Counted from the stretch's first letter, positions 28,917-37,429 are shown. The stretch is 64,000 nucleotides of DNA from Oligoflexia bacterium (GCA_023701205.1 JAMPXJ010000009.1:30008-94007); one strand, 5' to 3'. Notes: generated by a model from the letters alone, not told the origin. Numbers and translations: made by a program.

Positions 28917-29303
28917 GTGGATCGGCATTACCCAGGAAACCAAATGAATCTCGTACCTCATGAGGGCGGCGTTTCCGCCTTCGTCCATGAAGAGCTCGCT
29001 GGAAAACTGACCGGGAAACTTGTGCAGCCGAAGCTCTATCTCGTACTGAGAATGGAGATCCCTGCGGGTGACCCGCGACAAATCGGAAACCGACTGCTCG
29101 ATTGGATCTCTTGCACGCACCCAGCCTGTGAAATCTTGCCGCTCAGCTGGGCCAATCCCGACGATGCCGCTTATGCCCGGATCCTGCAAGGCTTGGGCTA
29201 CTCAGTCCACGAGGAGAGGGCCTATTTCTCCCGATCGCTCACGGATTGGAGATCGCCCTATTCAGATCCGTTTCAGCCGCAGGCAGTTTATCCACCTGCT
29301 TGA
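28917..29303 (+). CDS. Hypothetical protein, possibly a remnant of a decayed gene (weak GNAT-like C-terminal resemblance)
   Basis: GTG-start ORF with moderate third-position G+C. LLDWISCTHPACEILPLSWANPDDAAYARILQGLGYSV is only vaguely GNAT-like. Competing ORFs lie on the opposite strand and in other frames. Confidence 0.25.
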   Translation: MDRHYPGNQMNLVPHEGGVSAFVHEELAGKLTGKLVQPKLYLVLRMEIPAGDPRQIGNRLLDWISCTHPACEILPLSWANPDDAAYARILQGLGYSVHEERAYFSRSLTDWRSPYSDPFQPQAVYPPA

Positions 29304-29472
29304 GGAGCTACGGGTGGGTGATCCCGACAGCCCGCCCGAGCAATCTCTGGAGGAGTGTTTTGCCTACATCCTCGCGCAATGGCCGGACTATGTCATTCGT
29401 GACGATCTCGAGTTCCCTGCCCCTCGCCAGATCCCACTTTGGGTCATGGGCCTGAGATGACAATTCGAAGAT

Positions 29473-30011
29473 TCATCGCCGCTCAGTCGGCCTCAACCTC
29501 CGAATGCGTATCCAAAGAAGCGCCTTCGGCAGGCCATTGATATTCAGCGCGGCCATGCATTCGTCCAGTCGTCCCGGCCTCTCGCCGAGGCGCTGGACGG
29601 CGCGGCCGAGATCGCGCTCGATGCTCTCACCGTAGGCGGCGGCGGCTTTCGCGATCGCGCGGGTCAGCAACGGGCGCGAAGGCTCGAGCATCGCAAGATC
29701 GATGAGATCCCGGCTGAAGACTGAATCGTCCGACCAGCGATCCGAGTTCGCGAGAAGCTTGATTGCGGCCATATCGAGCGCGGCCAGCGTCACGACCCCG
29801 CAAATACGATCTTTCGGTCCTGGTCTTTCCAGCTCGATCCTGGCCTCCAGGACGATCTCAAACTTGATTTGGGTTTTCGCCACCTGCAGCATCGTGCGAA
29901 TCCCATACTGGTCGGAGCGCAGCTCGCCCGCTGCGCTCAGCTCCGCGCCGTCTCAGCATCGAGCGCCTGAAGGATCGTGGCGATTCGGACGTGGTGGTCT
30001 CGACTAAACAA
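29473..30011 (-). pseudogene. Possible frameshifted AbiEii/DUF1814-like nucleotidyltransferase toxin remnant downstream of the XRE gene
   Basis: The intact 139-aa ORF (29473-29892) carries AAIKLLANSDRWSDDSVFSRDLIDLAML, like the K...A...R...RDlyDl segment of AbiEii. Upstream coding-like sequence (LFSRDHHVRIATILQALDAETA from TTG 30011) lies in another frame and ends at the TGA at 29937-29939, suggesting a frameshift. Confidence 0.35.
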
Positions 30012-30489
30012 GGAGTCGCTCCCGCCCAAACGCCGCGAGGAGCGCCTCCAGGAATTCCCTTTCCCGGGAATCCATTTTCTTGAGCTCCACGTGTCGCCAG
30101 TTGCGTTCGTAAATCTTCAGCGCTTCTTCGGGACTGATTACGGTCGTTTTCTTGAGCTGCCAGGCCAGCCGCCTCAGCTGCGGATAATCGGCCAGGCGGA
30201 TTTCTGGTGGAACTGCGGCGGCCCGTGCGCCCCGCTTGCGCTTGCGGCCGCGCGGATCCACGAGCTCCAGTTCCAACCCCAGCGCGAAGATCACGCTTAC
30301 GTAGGCGCCGCCCGTCACCGATGGCTCACCCCGCTCGATTCGGTGGAGCGTGACCCGTGACATTCCGGCGGCCTCCGCGGTTGCGACCGCGCTGATGCCA
30401 AGCTGCTTCCGCCGGGCGCGCAGCCGCTCGCCCAGTTCACGAAGCCGATTTTCGATCACGGTACCGATGTGAGGAGCTGCGGCCGGCAT
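30004..30489 (-). CDS. XRE-family helix-turn-helix regulator (antitoxin-like, with C-terminal extension)
   Basis: LGERLRARRKQLGISAVATAEAAGMSRVTLHRIERGE is a canonical Cro/C1 HTH. An AT-rich upstream region with short inverted repeats lies at 30502-30537. Confidence 0.8.
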   Translation of the reverse strand: MPAAAPHIGTVIENRLRELGERLRARRKQLGISAVATAEAAGMSRVTLHRIERGEPSVTGGAYVSVIFALGLELELVDPRGRKRKRGARAAAVPPEIRLADYPQLRRLAWQLKKTTVISPEEALKIYERNWRHVELKKMDSREREFLEALLAAFGRERLLV

Positions 30490-30568
30490 ATGTATCCCAT
30501 TATAGACTATATCTCTATTTTGTCTAGTATGAGATACACTTTCGTCTTGACTCTAGCCCACCGCGCGG

Positions 30569-31477
30569 TCACTGATTGCCGCAAGAGCGAAGCTCGGCGG
30601 CCAGGAGCGGCAGCACGCGTTCATCGATCAATCGACGATGGACTTGCTCCGCATCCGAGACCAGCTGCCTCGGGAGCGGCTGGCCCCGCTCTTCGTAGGA
30701 ACTGCCCCCGTACTTGAAGCTGGACATCTGCGAGCTGACCTCACTGAGGCGATCCGTCAGGCAGGCTGAAACCTGGCAGGGCTCACCGCGCGCACGGCGA
30801 CGGGGACTCCGTTGGGCCGCGCCGCTCAGGGGGCAACTGTCCCGGGACGCCCGGATCAGCCCATTCAACGCCTTCGCATAGTAGCTGAACCAACGGACAT
30901 CGCGCCGAAGCTCATGCATCCCCAGCTCCGCCTTCGTGAGGTCATAGGTCTTGCCATGATACTCCTCGAGTTCCTCGGCAATGCGCCGAACCACGAAGTC
31001 CAGATCGCCCTCCGCATCGGGCCACCGGGTGCTGATCAGATCCTGCCGAAGCTCTTCCATCCGCGAAGGGGTCGCGAGAATGAGCCTCTCCTCGATGAGA
31101 AAGGCCTTGAACTCCTCATTCAGCTTCTGTGCCTCCGGGCCTCCATGACCTCGATCCAGGGTGTGGGAGATATAGTCCTCGAACCCTTTGATGAGCTTCT
31201 TGTACTTCTTGAACCTCTTCTCATCGATGTCCTTGTAAATCCTCAGCAACGACTCCAGCGTGAAGAGCGGGCCTCGCAGCTGCATGGCCACTTGCACGCC
31301 ATGCTCCTTGTTGCGGACCTCCTTCAGGGCCGCCGAAACACGGTCAACGGAAGGGAGAAACAGGTCGAGGGGAGTCAGGGGCTCGGCTCGCCCACCCTGG
31401 GTGGCGAAAACCAGGGACCCGCCGAGCACCGCGCCGGAAATCACGAACGTCGACAAAAACAACTTCAACTTCTTCAT
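30569..31477 (-). CDS. Exported helical protein, paralogue 1 (CHAD-like His/Arg motifs)
   Basis: Signal peptide. Motifs LRGPLFTLESLLRIY, LIKGFEDY and MHELRRDVRWFSYYAKALNGLI. Four conserved C-terminal Cys. Clearly alignable with the adjacent 327-aa protein. Confidence 0.6.
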   Translation of the reverse strand: MKKLKLFLSTFVISGAVLGGSLVFATQGGRAEPLTPLDLFLPSVDRVSAALKEVRNKEHGVQVAMQLRGPLFTLESLLRIYKDIDEKRFKKYKKLIKGFEDYISHTLDRGHGGPEAQKLNEEFKAFLIEERLILATPSRMEELRQDLISTRWPDAEGDLDFVVRRIAEELEEYHGKTYDLTKAELGMHELRRDVRWFSYYAKALNGLIRASRDSCPLSGAAQRSPRRRARGEPCQVSACLTDRLSEVSSQMSSFKYGGSSYEERGQPLPRQLVSDAEQVHRRLIDERVLPLLAAELRSCGNQ

Positions 31478-31498
31478 AATATTCCACTCGCTTCCGGA

Positions 31499-32482
31499 TT
31501 ATCTCACGCAGCTTTGAAGGCTCTCGACCAGAGCCGGGAGAAGGTTCGTATCTCGCATCTCTTTGTAAAGCCGATGCGCTTCGGCGTAGAGCTGACGATC
31601 GCCGTGACCACCATCGATCGCCTCGCCGCCCTGGCCTTCGTCCTTGATATTGCCCAGGTCACTCACGAGCTTCGCGACGCCATTGTACACGCAGGCGGGA
31701 ATGGCGCAGGGACTTGGCTCATTGCCGGTGGCGAGGGGCGCGCCGTACTTGCCTTCGATGCGAGCGCTGCCGCGCGGACCCCGCAGCGTGCAACTCATCG
31801 CATCGGAGACCTGGATCAGGCCTCCCAGCGCCTTCACCTCGTAGGGAAACCAGCGGAGCTCCTTTCGAAGGTCATGGATGCCTCTTTCCAGCTGATTCAT
31901 GTCCCAGGCGGTGTCGTTGATCTTCTGGAAGTCCCTCGCGATCTCATTCAGAACCATCGCGCGGTCCTCCTCGTAGCTCATCCAGCGCGCGTCCTGCAGA
32001 TCGCGCTTGAGGCGCTCGATGGCCGGCAGGCCAGGCGTCAGCCATTCGCGAGACGAGAGAAAACCGCTGAATCGGTGACTCGCCTCCCGCTGTCTCCTCC
32101 TGAGCTCTTCGAGCTTCGCCGGACTCGCACCCCGCTGGTGGGCGAAATCGATCATCTCCCTGCTGTAGGCGTAAGCGCCGACGGCATCTTCGAATTCCTT
32201 GATCAGCCGGCGATTCCTCTCGAACTCATTCCCGTAGTGCCGACTATAGATATTGAAGAGCACTTCGAGCCTGAAAAGCTGGCTCCGAATATCGGATGCC
32301 GTAAGGCGGTCCGGCGCCGATGCCGGATCATCCTGGGACCGAAGGGTCGCCTCCACCCTTCGAAGCGGCTCCAGAAACCTTTCAGCGGGACTCGGCAGCG
32401 GAGCTGCCTGGCCCGGCATCAGCTGCGCTGCGATCGCTCCCACTACACAAAAAAATCCACCCGTAATGACTCCGCGTCTCAT
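31499..32482 (-). CDS. Exported helical protein, paralogue 2 (CHAD-like His/Arg motifs)
   Basis: N-terminal hydrophobic segment. Motifs IRSQLFRLEVLFNIY, LIKEFEDA and IHDLRKELRWFPYEVKALGGLI. The C-terminal Cys pattern is conserved with paralogue 1. Confidence 0.6.
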   Translation of the reverse strand: MRRGVITGGFFCVVGAIAAQLMPGQAAPLPSPAERFLEPLRRVEATLRSQDDPASAPDRLTASDIRSQLFRLEVLFNIYSRHYGNEFERNRRLIKEFEDAVGAYAYSREMIDFAHQRGASPAKLEELRRRQREASHRFSGFLSSREWLTPGLPAIERLKRDLQDARWMSYEEDRAMVLNEIARDFQKINDTAWDMNQLERGIHDLRKELRWFPYEVKALGGLIQVSDAMSCTLRGPRGSARIEGKYGAPLATGNEPSPCAIPACVYNGVAKLVSDLGNIKDEGQGGEAIDGGHGDRQLYAEAHRLYKEMRDTNLLPALVESLQSCVR

Positions 32483-32706
32483 AAGACCTAGTGTGAACGT
32501 GACACACTAAATAGTCAACTCTTTTTGTCTGGTATTTTGTCGAGTATTATTGAAGAACTTATTCTTTTTATTTCAAGTATTTAGCTTCCGAAAAGAGGGT
32601 GTTCCCCTCGGTTCGGCGCAACCGGGCTGCCTTAGATTTAACAACTGGGCCACTGATTCCGAAGAGAATCCGAGGTGCTCGTCGCAACGAAACTCACAAG
32701 GAATCC

Positions 32707-35064
32707 ATGATCAGCCTATTGCTCCTGTCGCTTTCGATCGCTCATGCTTCCGCGCAAGCGGCCGGTCCCATCCAGGGCACCGACTGCCCCTATTTCTACC
32801 GCTTGATCGCTCCCATCGTCGAAAACGGCAACACCACCACGCTCCGGCAGGAAAAGAAGTGGGTGGTCACCCAAGGCGAGCTCGACAAGTTCATGAGCTC
32901 CCTGCGCACCGACTTCGGGGAGGTCCCCCTGCGCGACACCCCTGCGCCCGGCACGGTGAATGTCACGATCACTGACTATGCTCGGGATGTCGTCCTGGGA
33001 AGAAACGCCGACGGGAAAAAGCTTTCCGCGAAGATCCGCGTACGCCGCTACGGCAGTCGGCCGGAAAATGGCTCGCCCGACGACATCACCATCGGCGAGC
33101 AATACCGAACCCGTTCCAAGGTCGAGTTCAAGATCCAGCACCCCGAGCACGATGGCGTGGTCTTCAAGCCCGGCATCGTCATGGAAAACGCCGACATCGA
33201 CCTTCTCCTGGGCGGAAAGGACTCGTTCTACGCGAACATCGCCGAAGTCCGGAAGCGCACCCAGGCCCTCGCCAAACCCGACGGCCAGGGAGGCACGAAG
33301 CTCGTCAACGCGGACTCCCGGGAAGTCGATGAGATGTTCGATGCGATGCGCTCGCTGTACGACGACATGTCCCGGCCCGGAAGCCTCGGAGAATTTCCCG
33401 AAGGCCTGAACCGCATCCACCGGGTCCGTTACGAGCGCGACGCCTACCAGCTCGACGTACCGGACCTGCTCAGCGGCAAGAAAATCAAGGTGCAGATCAC
33501 CGTGGACAGAAACGTCAACTTCTTTCATCCCGCGGCTCCCGACGAGGCCATCAGCTCTTACCCTGCCGACTGGCGGGTCATCGAGGTCAAGATTCCGCTG
33601 CAATACTCCATTATGAGCGACGAGCAGCTGGGCAAGGCGGCTCCGAAACTGCTCGAGCTCCGCCGGCACACCCAGGCCCTCAAGCAGGTTGCCGACATGC
33701 CGGAGGGCAAGGGCAAAGCCGGAGGCTCGAAGCTGATCATCCGCGACAAGCTCGAGCGCGAAGGAATCGCCCTGAACGAGGACGATGTCGCCGATATGTT
33801 CAGGAACGCCGAGGGATACCTTCCGCCAGGCACCCTTGGCGAGATCAAGCACACGCTCAAGCTGACGCTCATGGAAAAGCCCGTCAGCGACTACTTCCCG
33901 ACGCACGGCCAGGAGCTCCGACGCATCCGCGACACCGTGATCAACAGACCGATCCCGACAAAAGAGGGGCTGGCTGCGCTCCGGGACGACATCAATACGC
34001 TGGTCGACCTGCACTTCAACGAGCTCTCGCGGATGAAACAGCGGGGAGTCCTGTCGGAAGACGGAAAGAAGTACTTCGAGCTCCTGAAGGCCTTCAAGAC
34101 CTTCAACCGGAAGTACCAGAACAGCTGGCTCACCCACGTCATCCAGGAACATTACTCCGCCTTCATCTCCGCCAAGCCCGGAAACTACACGGTGGACGAC
34201 CTGTATCGCTCCATCATCGATCAATTCGTCTTCGAGCAAGGCGCACTTATCAAGACCGATATCGCCTTGAAGGAGAGGCTCCGAAAGTGGATTGAGCCCC
34301 GCGAGTGGGCGAAGCGCCGCCGGGCGGTAACGGATTTCGCCCGGGAGCGAGCCGCGAAAACCTATATGAGCCACCTGGTGGCGATCCCACTGAATATCGG
34401 CGGACTGATGGGGTACGCCGCTCTGTGTGCCCACATGGAGTGGAAATGTCCGATCGTCAACCAAACCCCCAATCCCGAAAAACGCAGCCAGGCGAGGGAA
34501 TCCTGGAAAGAGAGCCGGGAGAAGATCACGACCCTGCATGCCGAGCTCCAAGCCATGCAGGGCCGCCTGAAAGACGACCTCCCCGCCGGTGACGACGCGG
34601 CGGAACGATGGAGGTCCACCGCTCCGAAGATCCGGGAGCTCGGCCTGCGGTATCAACAGGCCATGGACCCGGTGATCCTGAAGGATCAGCATCTGGCCGA
34701 CGAGATGAAGCTCGAGGTCTCGAACGCCCAGCGGATCTTCCAGGTCGCCAAGACCAACCTGCAGGAAGCCAAGAGAGCTCACGCCGAAGCCCTGAAGGCA
34801 AAGAAGCCCCGGAATGCCGAACTGGAACGCAGGGCCGAAGCGGTCGCGGCGCGCGAGGAAGAGTACGCTATCGCCCTCGCCGGGCTTGCGGCCATGGACA
34901 TCTTTCTTCCCAAATTCAGGGGCCTCGAGGAAATTTCCGAGAAGGATTTCGCCCCCCTTTCGAATTTCACCTCGTTCAACAGGCACTTCACCGACTCGTT
35001 GCAATCCGTCACGACCAATGTCGGACGCTTCATCAATCAGGCTGACAAGGAGCTATGGAAATGA
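32707..35064 (+). CDS. Exported VTC/CYTH-like (triphosphate tunnel metalloenzyme) domain protein with a long helical C-terminal region
   Basis: ATG at 32707 gives signal peptide MISLLLLSLSIAHASA. Tunnel-strand-like motifs QEKKWVV, VNVTITDYARD, KIRVRRYG, SKVEFKIQ, RVRYERDAYQLD, KVQITVDRNVNFF and WRVIEVKIP. The C-terminal roughly 450 aa are helical with one hydrophobic segment (VAIPLNIGGLMGYAALCA) and a coiled-coil tail. Confidence 0.6.
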   Translation: MISLLLLSLSIAHASAQAAGPIQGTDCPYFYRLIAPIVENGNTTTLRQEKKWVVTQGELDKFMSSLRTDFGEVPLRDTPAPGTVNVTITDYARDVVLGRNADGKKLSAKIRVRRYGSRPENGSPDDITIGEQYRTRSKVEFKIQHPEHDGVVFKPGIVMENADIDLLLGGKDSFYANIAEVRKRTQALAKPDGQGGTKLVNADSREVDEMFDAMRSLYDDMSRPGSLGEFPEGLNRIHRVRYERDAYQLDVPDLLSGKKIKVQITVDRNVNFFHPAAPDEAISSYPADWRVIEVKIPLQYSIMSDEQLGKAAPKLLELRRHTQALKQVADMPEGKGKAGGSKLIIRDKLEREGIALNEDDVADMFRNAEGYLPPGTLGEIKHTLKLTLMEKPVSDYFPTHGQELRRIRDTVINRPIPTKEGLAALRDDINTLVDLHFNELSRMKQRGVLSEDGKKYFELLKAFKTFNRKYQNSWLTHVIQEHYSAFISAKPGNYTVDDLYRSIIDQFVFEQGALIKTDIALKERLRKWIEPREWAKRRRAVTDFARERAAKTYMSHLVAIPLNIGGLMGYAALCAHMEWKCPIVNQTPNPEKRSQARESWKESREKITTLHAELQAMQGRLKDDLPAGDDAAERWRSTAPKIRELGLRYQQAMDPVILKDQHLADEMKLEVSNAQRIFQVAKTNLQEAKRAHAEALKAKKPRNAELERRAEAVAAREEEYAIALAGLAAMDIFLPKFRGLEEISEKDFAPLSNFTSFNRHFTDSLQSVTTNVGRFINQADKELWK

Positions 35065-36218
35065 ACCACTGGCTATTCACTGTTTCAATGCTTCTTCCTG
35101 CTCTCGCGATGTCCACTTTCGCGGATGACAACTGGAATCCGGAGACCGGCCCGGCGGACGTCGCCGCGTTGACGAAGAGTCTCGAGGAGGTCAAAAAAGG
35201 GATGAACGAGCTCAAGCCCGTCAAGCCCGACTGCGACTCGCAAAGCGACAACACGCCACCCTCGAAGGTCCCTCTCTTCCAATCCGATGAGATTCTCAAG
35301 GTCGAGATGCGAGGCATCTTCCCGATTCGTGATACCATCCAGCCGCGACCCGGAAAAATCATCGTCGGACATAACGGCCAGGAGCATACGACCTCTGCCG
35401 ATTTCGTCGGTCGCGGCCAATATCGAAGGAGCTTGTGCTCTGAATTCCCGCCTTTCAAGATCATCCTGCCCGCAAGTGATCAAAAAGGATCGCTCTTCAA
35501 AGGCGGAGACCGGGACCTCAAGTTCGTTACCCATTGCGGCAGTAAACCCGAGAATGCCGAGCGGGTCCGGGAGGAATACACCATTTACAAAGTGCTCTCG
35601 GCTGCCGGCCTCCTGAGCCTCAAAGTCAGGCTGGCCGAGGTCACCTACACCAATTCGCAGGGAACCCAGACCGCGACAGGACCTGGATTTTTCATCGAGA
35701 ATCTCAAGGATGCCGCCAAGCGCTGGGAGGGCAGAGAACCCAAGGCGCTTTCCGCTGAGCAAGATGGAAACTACTTCGGCGGCGTCGCTCGAGTGAGCGA
35801 GCTGATCGCTACGAACAATGACTTTAGCGTCGAAGCCGAACACAACACCAGGATCGTCCGGGATGCCAAGGGAAATCGCCGCTATGCCATCCCTTATGAC
35901 TTTGATCTCACGGATCTGATCGTGGGCAAGAACTACGGGAAAAACACCTGGGATTCCCAGGACGTTGAGAAGAAAATCCGCAACCTGCTGCTCGAAAACG
36001 GCTCGGCAAGCGCCCGCGAGGCGCTCGAGACCGCTACCCGTAATCGCAAATCCGTTCACAGAGCCATCGACGAAAGCCCGATCTCCGAGGCGAACAAGCG
36101 GAAATTCCACGGCCGAATGGACTTCTTCTTCGATGCCGCCGAAGCGGTGCTCCAGGGTGCCCCTCCTCAAGTGAGAGTCGTTCCTGATGAGCTGCGTGGG
36201 ACAGCCAAGTTCCAATGA
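35061..36218 (+). CDS. Exported CotH-like atypical kinase-fold protein
   Basis: AAGGAG 8 nt upstream of ATG 35061; overlaps the VTC gene end. Signal peptide. CotH-like segments FVGRGQYRRSLCSEFPPFKIIL, EEYTIYKVLSAAGLLSLKVRLAEVTYTN, GFFIENL and AEHNTRIVRDAKGNRRYAIPYDFDLTD. Confidence 0.5.
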   Translation: MNHWLFTVSMLLPALAMSTFADDNWNPETGPADVAALTKSLEEVKKGMNELKPVKPDCDSQSDNTPPSKVPLFQSDEILKVEMRGIFPIRDTIQPRPGKIIVGHNGQEHTTSADFVGRGQYRRSLCSEFPPFKIILPASDQKGSLFKGGDRDLKFVTHCGSKPENAERVREEYTIYKVLSAAGLLSLKVRLAEVTYTNSQGTQTATGPGFFIENLKDAAKRWEGREPKALSAEQDGNYFGGVARVSELIATNNDFSVEAEHNTRIVRDAKGNRRYAIPYDFDLTDLIVGKNYGKNTWDSQDVEKKIRNLLLENGSASAREALETATRNRKSVHRAIDESPISEANKRKFHGRMDFFFDAAEAVLQGAPPQVRVVPDELRGTAKFQ

Positions 36219-36229
36219 CGGAGGGCATT

Positions 36230-37429
36230 ATGAAAAGGAAGAGCGCTACCTTGAAGGCCCTGTTTCTTGGGCTGCTGTGGATCGCCGCACCCGCATGGGC
36301 GGAAGCCCCGGCCAGCATCACCGCGGAGCCCCCCGTCGTGGCGGTCGGCGATATCCACGGAGATTTGAGCGCACTCGTCACCATCCTTGGCGGCCAAGGG
36401 CTGATCGATGCCGAGGGCAACTGGAAAGGGGGTTCCAGCCAGTTGGTATTCGTGGGGGATCTCAACGATCGCGGGCCTGATACCCGCTACATCATGGACT
36501 ATGTGATGGATCTGGAAAAGCAGGCCCAGGCCGCCGGAGGCAAGATCCAAACCCTTCTGGGCAATCATGAGGTGATGGTCGCGAGCGGAGATGTGCGCTA
36601 TGTGGCTCCCGAAGAGCTCAAGCCCTTCGAGGGCTTCCAGCCCATGGGCGTGACTTCCGTGGCCCTGAAAAGAATGAGGCAAGCGCATCGCAATAGCATC
36701 GCGAACAACGAAATCGCCGCGAAGGTTTCGATGCACGAGGAAAAGTGCCTGGAAATGCGTCGAAAGGGCCTTGCCGATTGCGAGCCTTTGCGGAAATCGG
36801 AGCTAGAACCCAGGGTCATTCCCGACGAGGAGATCAAGCCTTACGCGGGAATCGGCGCCGCGATGATCGGCAACTCGCCTTATGCCAAGTGGCTGCGCGG
36901 GCGCCAGGCGATCACGAAAGTGGGAGATACGCTCTTCGTGCACGCGGGTATCAGCGAGGACTTCCTGAAAACCAATGCGAATGAGCTCAACAAAATGGTC
37001 GCGAACTGGGTGAAATACCACCAAGGCGTGGGACCGCGACCCAAGAAGCACACGAGCTGGGTCCTGGAGGAGCAGGGTCCGCTCTGGGATCGTCAGCTGG
37101 CCATGGGAAAACTTCCCGAAGAAACACTCGACGCAGTACTGAAGGCTTACGGAGCCAAACGCCTCGTGATCGGCCATACGGTCCAGACAAGAGGGATCAT
37201 GCTCCGCTATGATGGAAAGGTGATCCTGATCGATACGGGCAATTCCGCTGTCTATAACGGCCCCCTCTCCGCGCTGGAGATCCGGGGAGAACAGCTGAGA
37301 GGCAAGTACTTCCCGCGCCCGGATGGGCCTGCGGCGCTGAGAGACCAGCTGATCGCGCGCTACAACCTGGAAAAGACAATGACTCCGGCCTTGAAGTCCG
37401 TCCCACAGCTGAGTCCGCCTTGTCGATGA
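36230..37429 (+). CDS. Exported PPP-family metallophosphoesterase (Ser/Thr-phosphatase-like)
   Basis: GGAGGG upstream of ATG 36230 (an alternative ATG at 36215 overlaps the previous stop as ATGA). Signal peptide ending AWA. GDIHGD, GDLNDRG and GNHE motifs. Confidence 0.8.
   Translation: MKRKSATLKALFLGLLWIAAPAWAEAPASITAEPPVVAVGDIHGDLSALVTILGGQGLIDAEGNWKGGSSQLVFVGDLNDRGPDTRYIMDYVMDLEKQAQAAGGKIQTLLGNHEVMVASGDVRYVAPEELKPFEGFQPMGVTSVALKRMRQAHRNSIANNEIAAKVSMHEEKCLEMRRKGLADCEPLRKSELEPRVIPDEEIKPYAGIGAAMIGNSPYAKWLRGRQAITKVGDTLFVHAGISEDFLKTNANELNKMVANWVKYHQGVGPRPKKHTSWVLEEQGPLWDRQLAMGKLPEETLDAVLKAYGAKRLVIGHTVQTRGIMLRYDGKVILIDTGNSAVYNGPLSALEIRGEQLRGKYFPRPDGPAALRDQLIARYNLEKTMTPALKSVPQLSPPCR

Noticed and set aside
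28776-29189. 137-aa minus-strand ORF opposite the 28917-29303 ORF.
   Set aside because: It has no motif, and its frame statistics are no better than those of the plus strand. The region looks like decayed coding sequence, so I did not call it.
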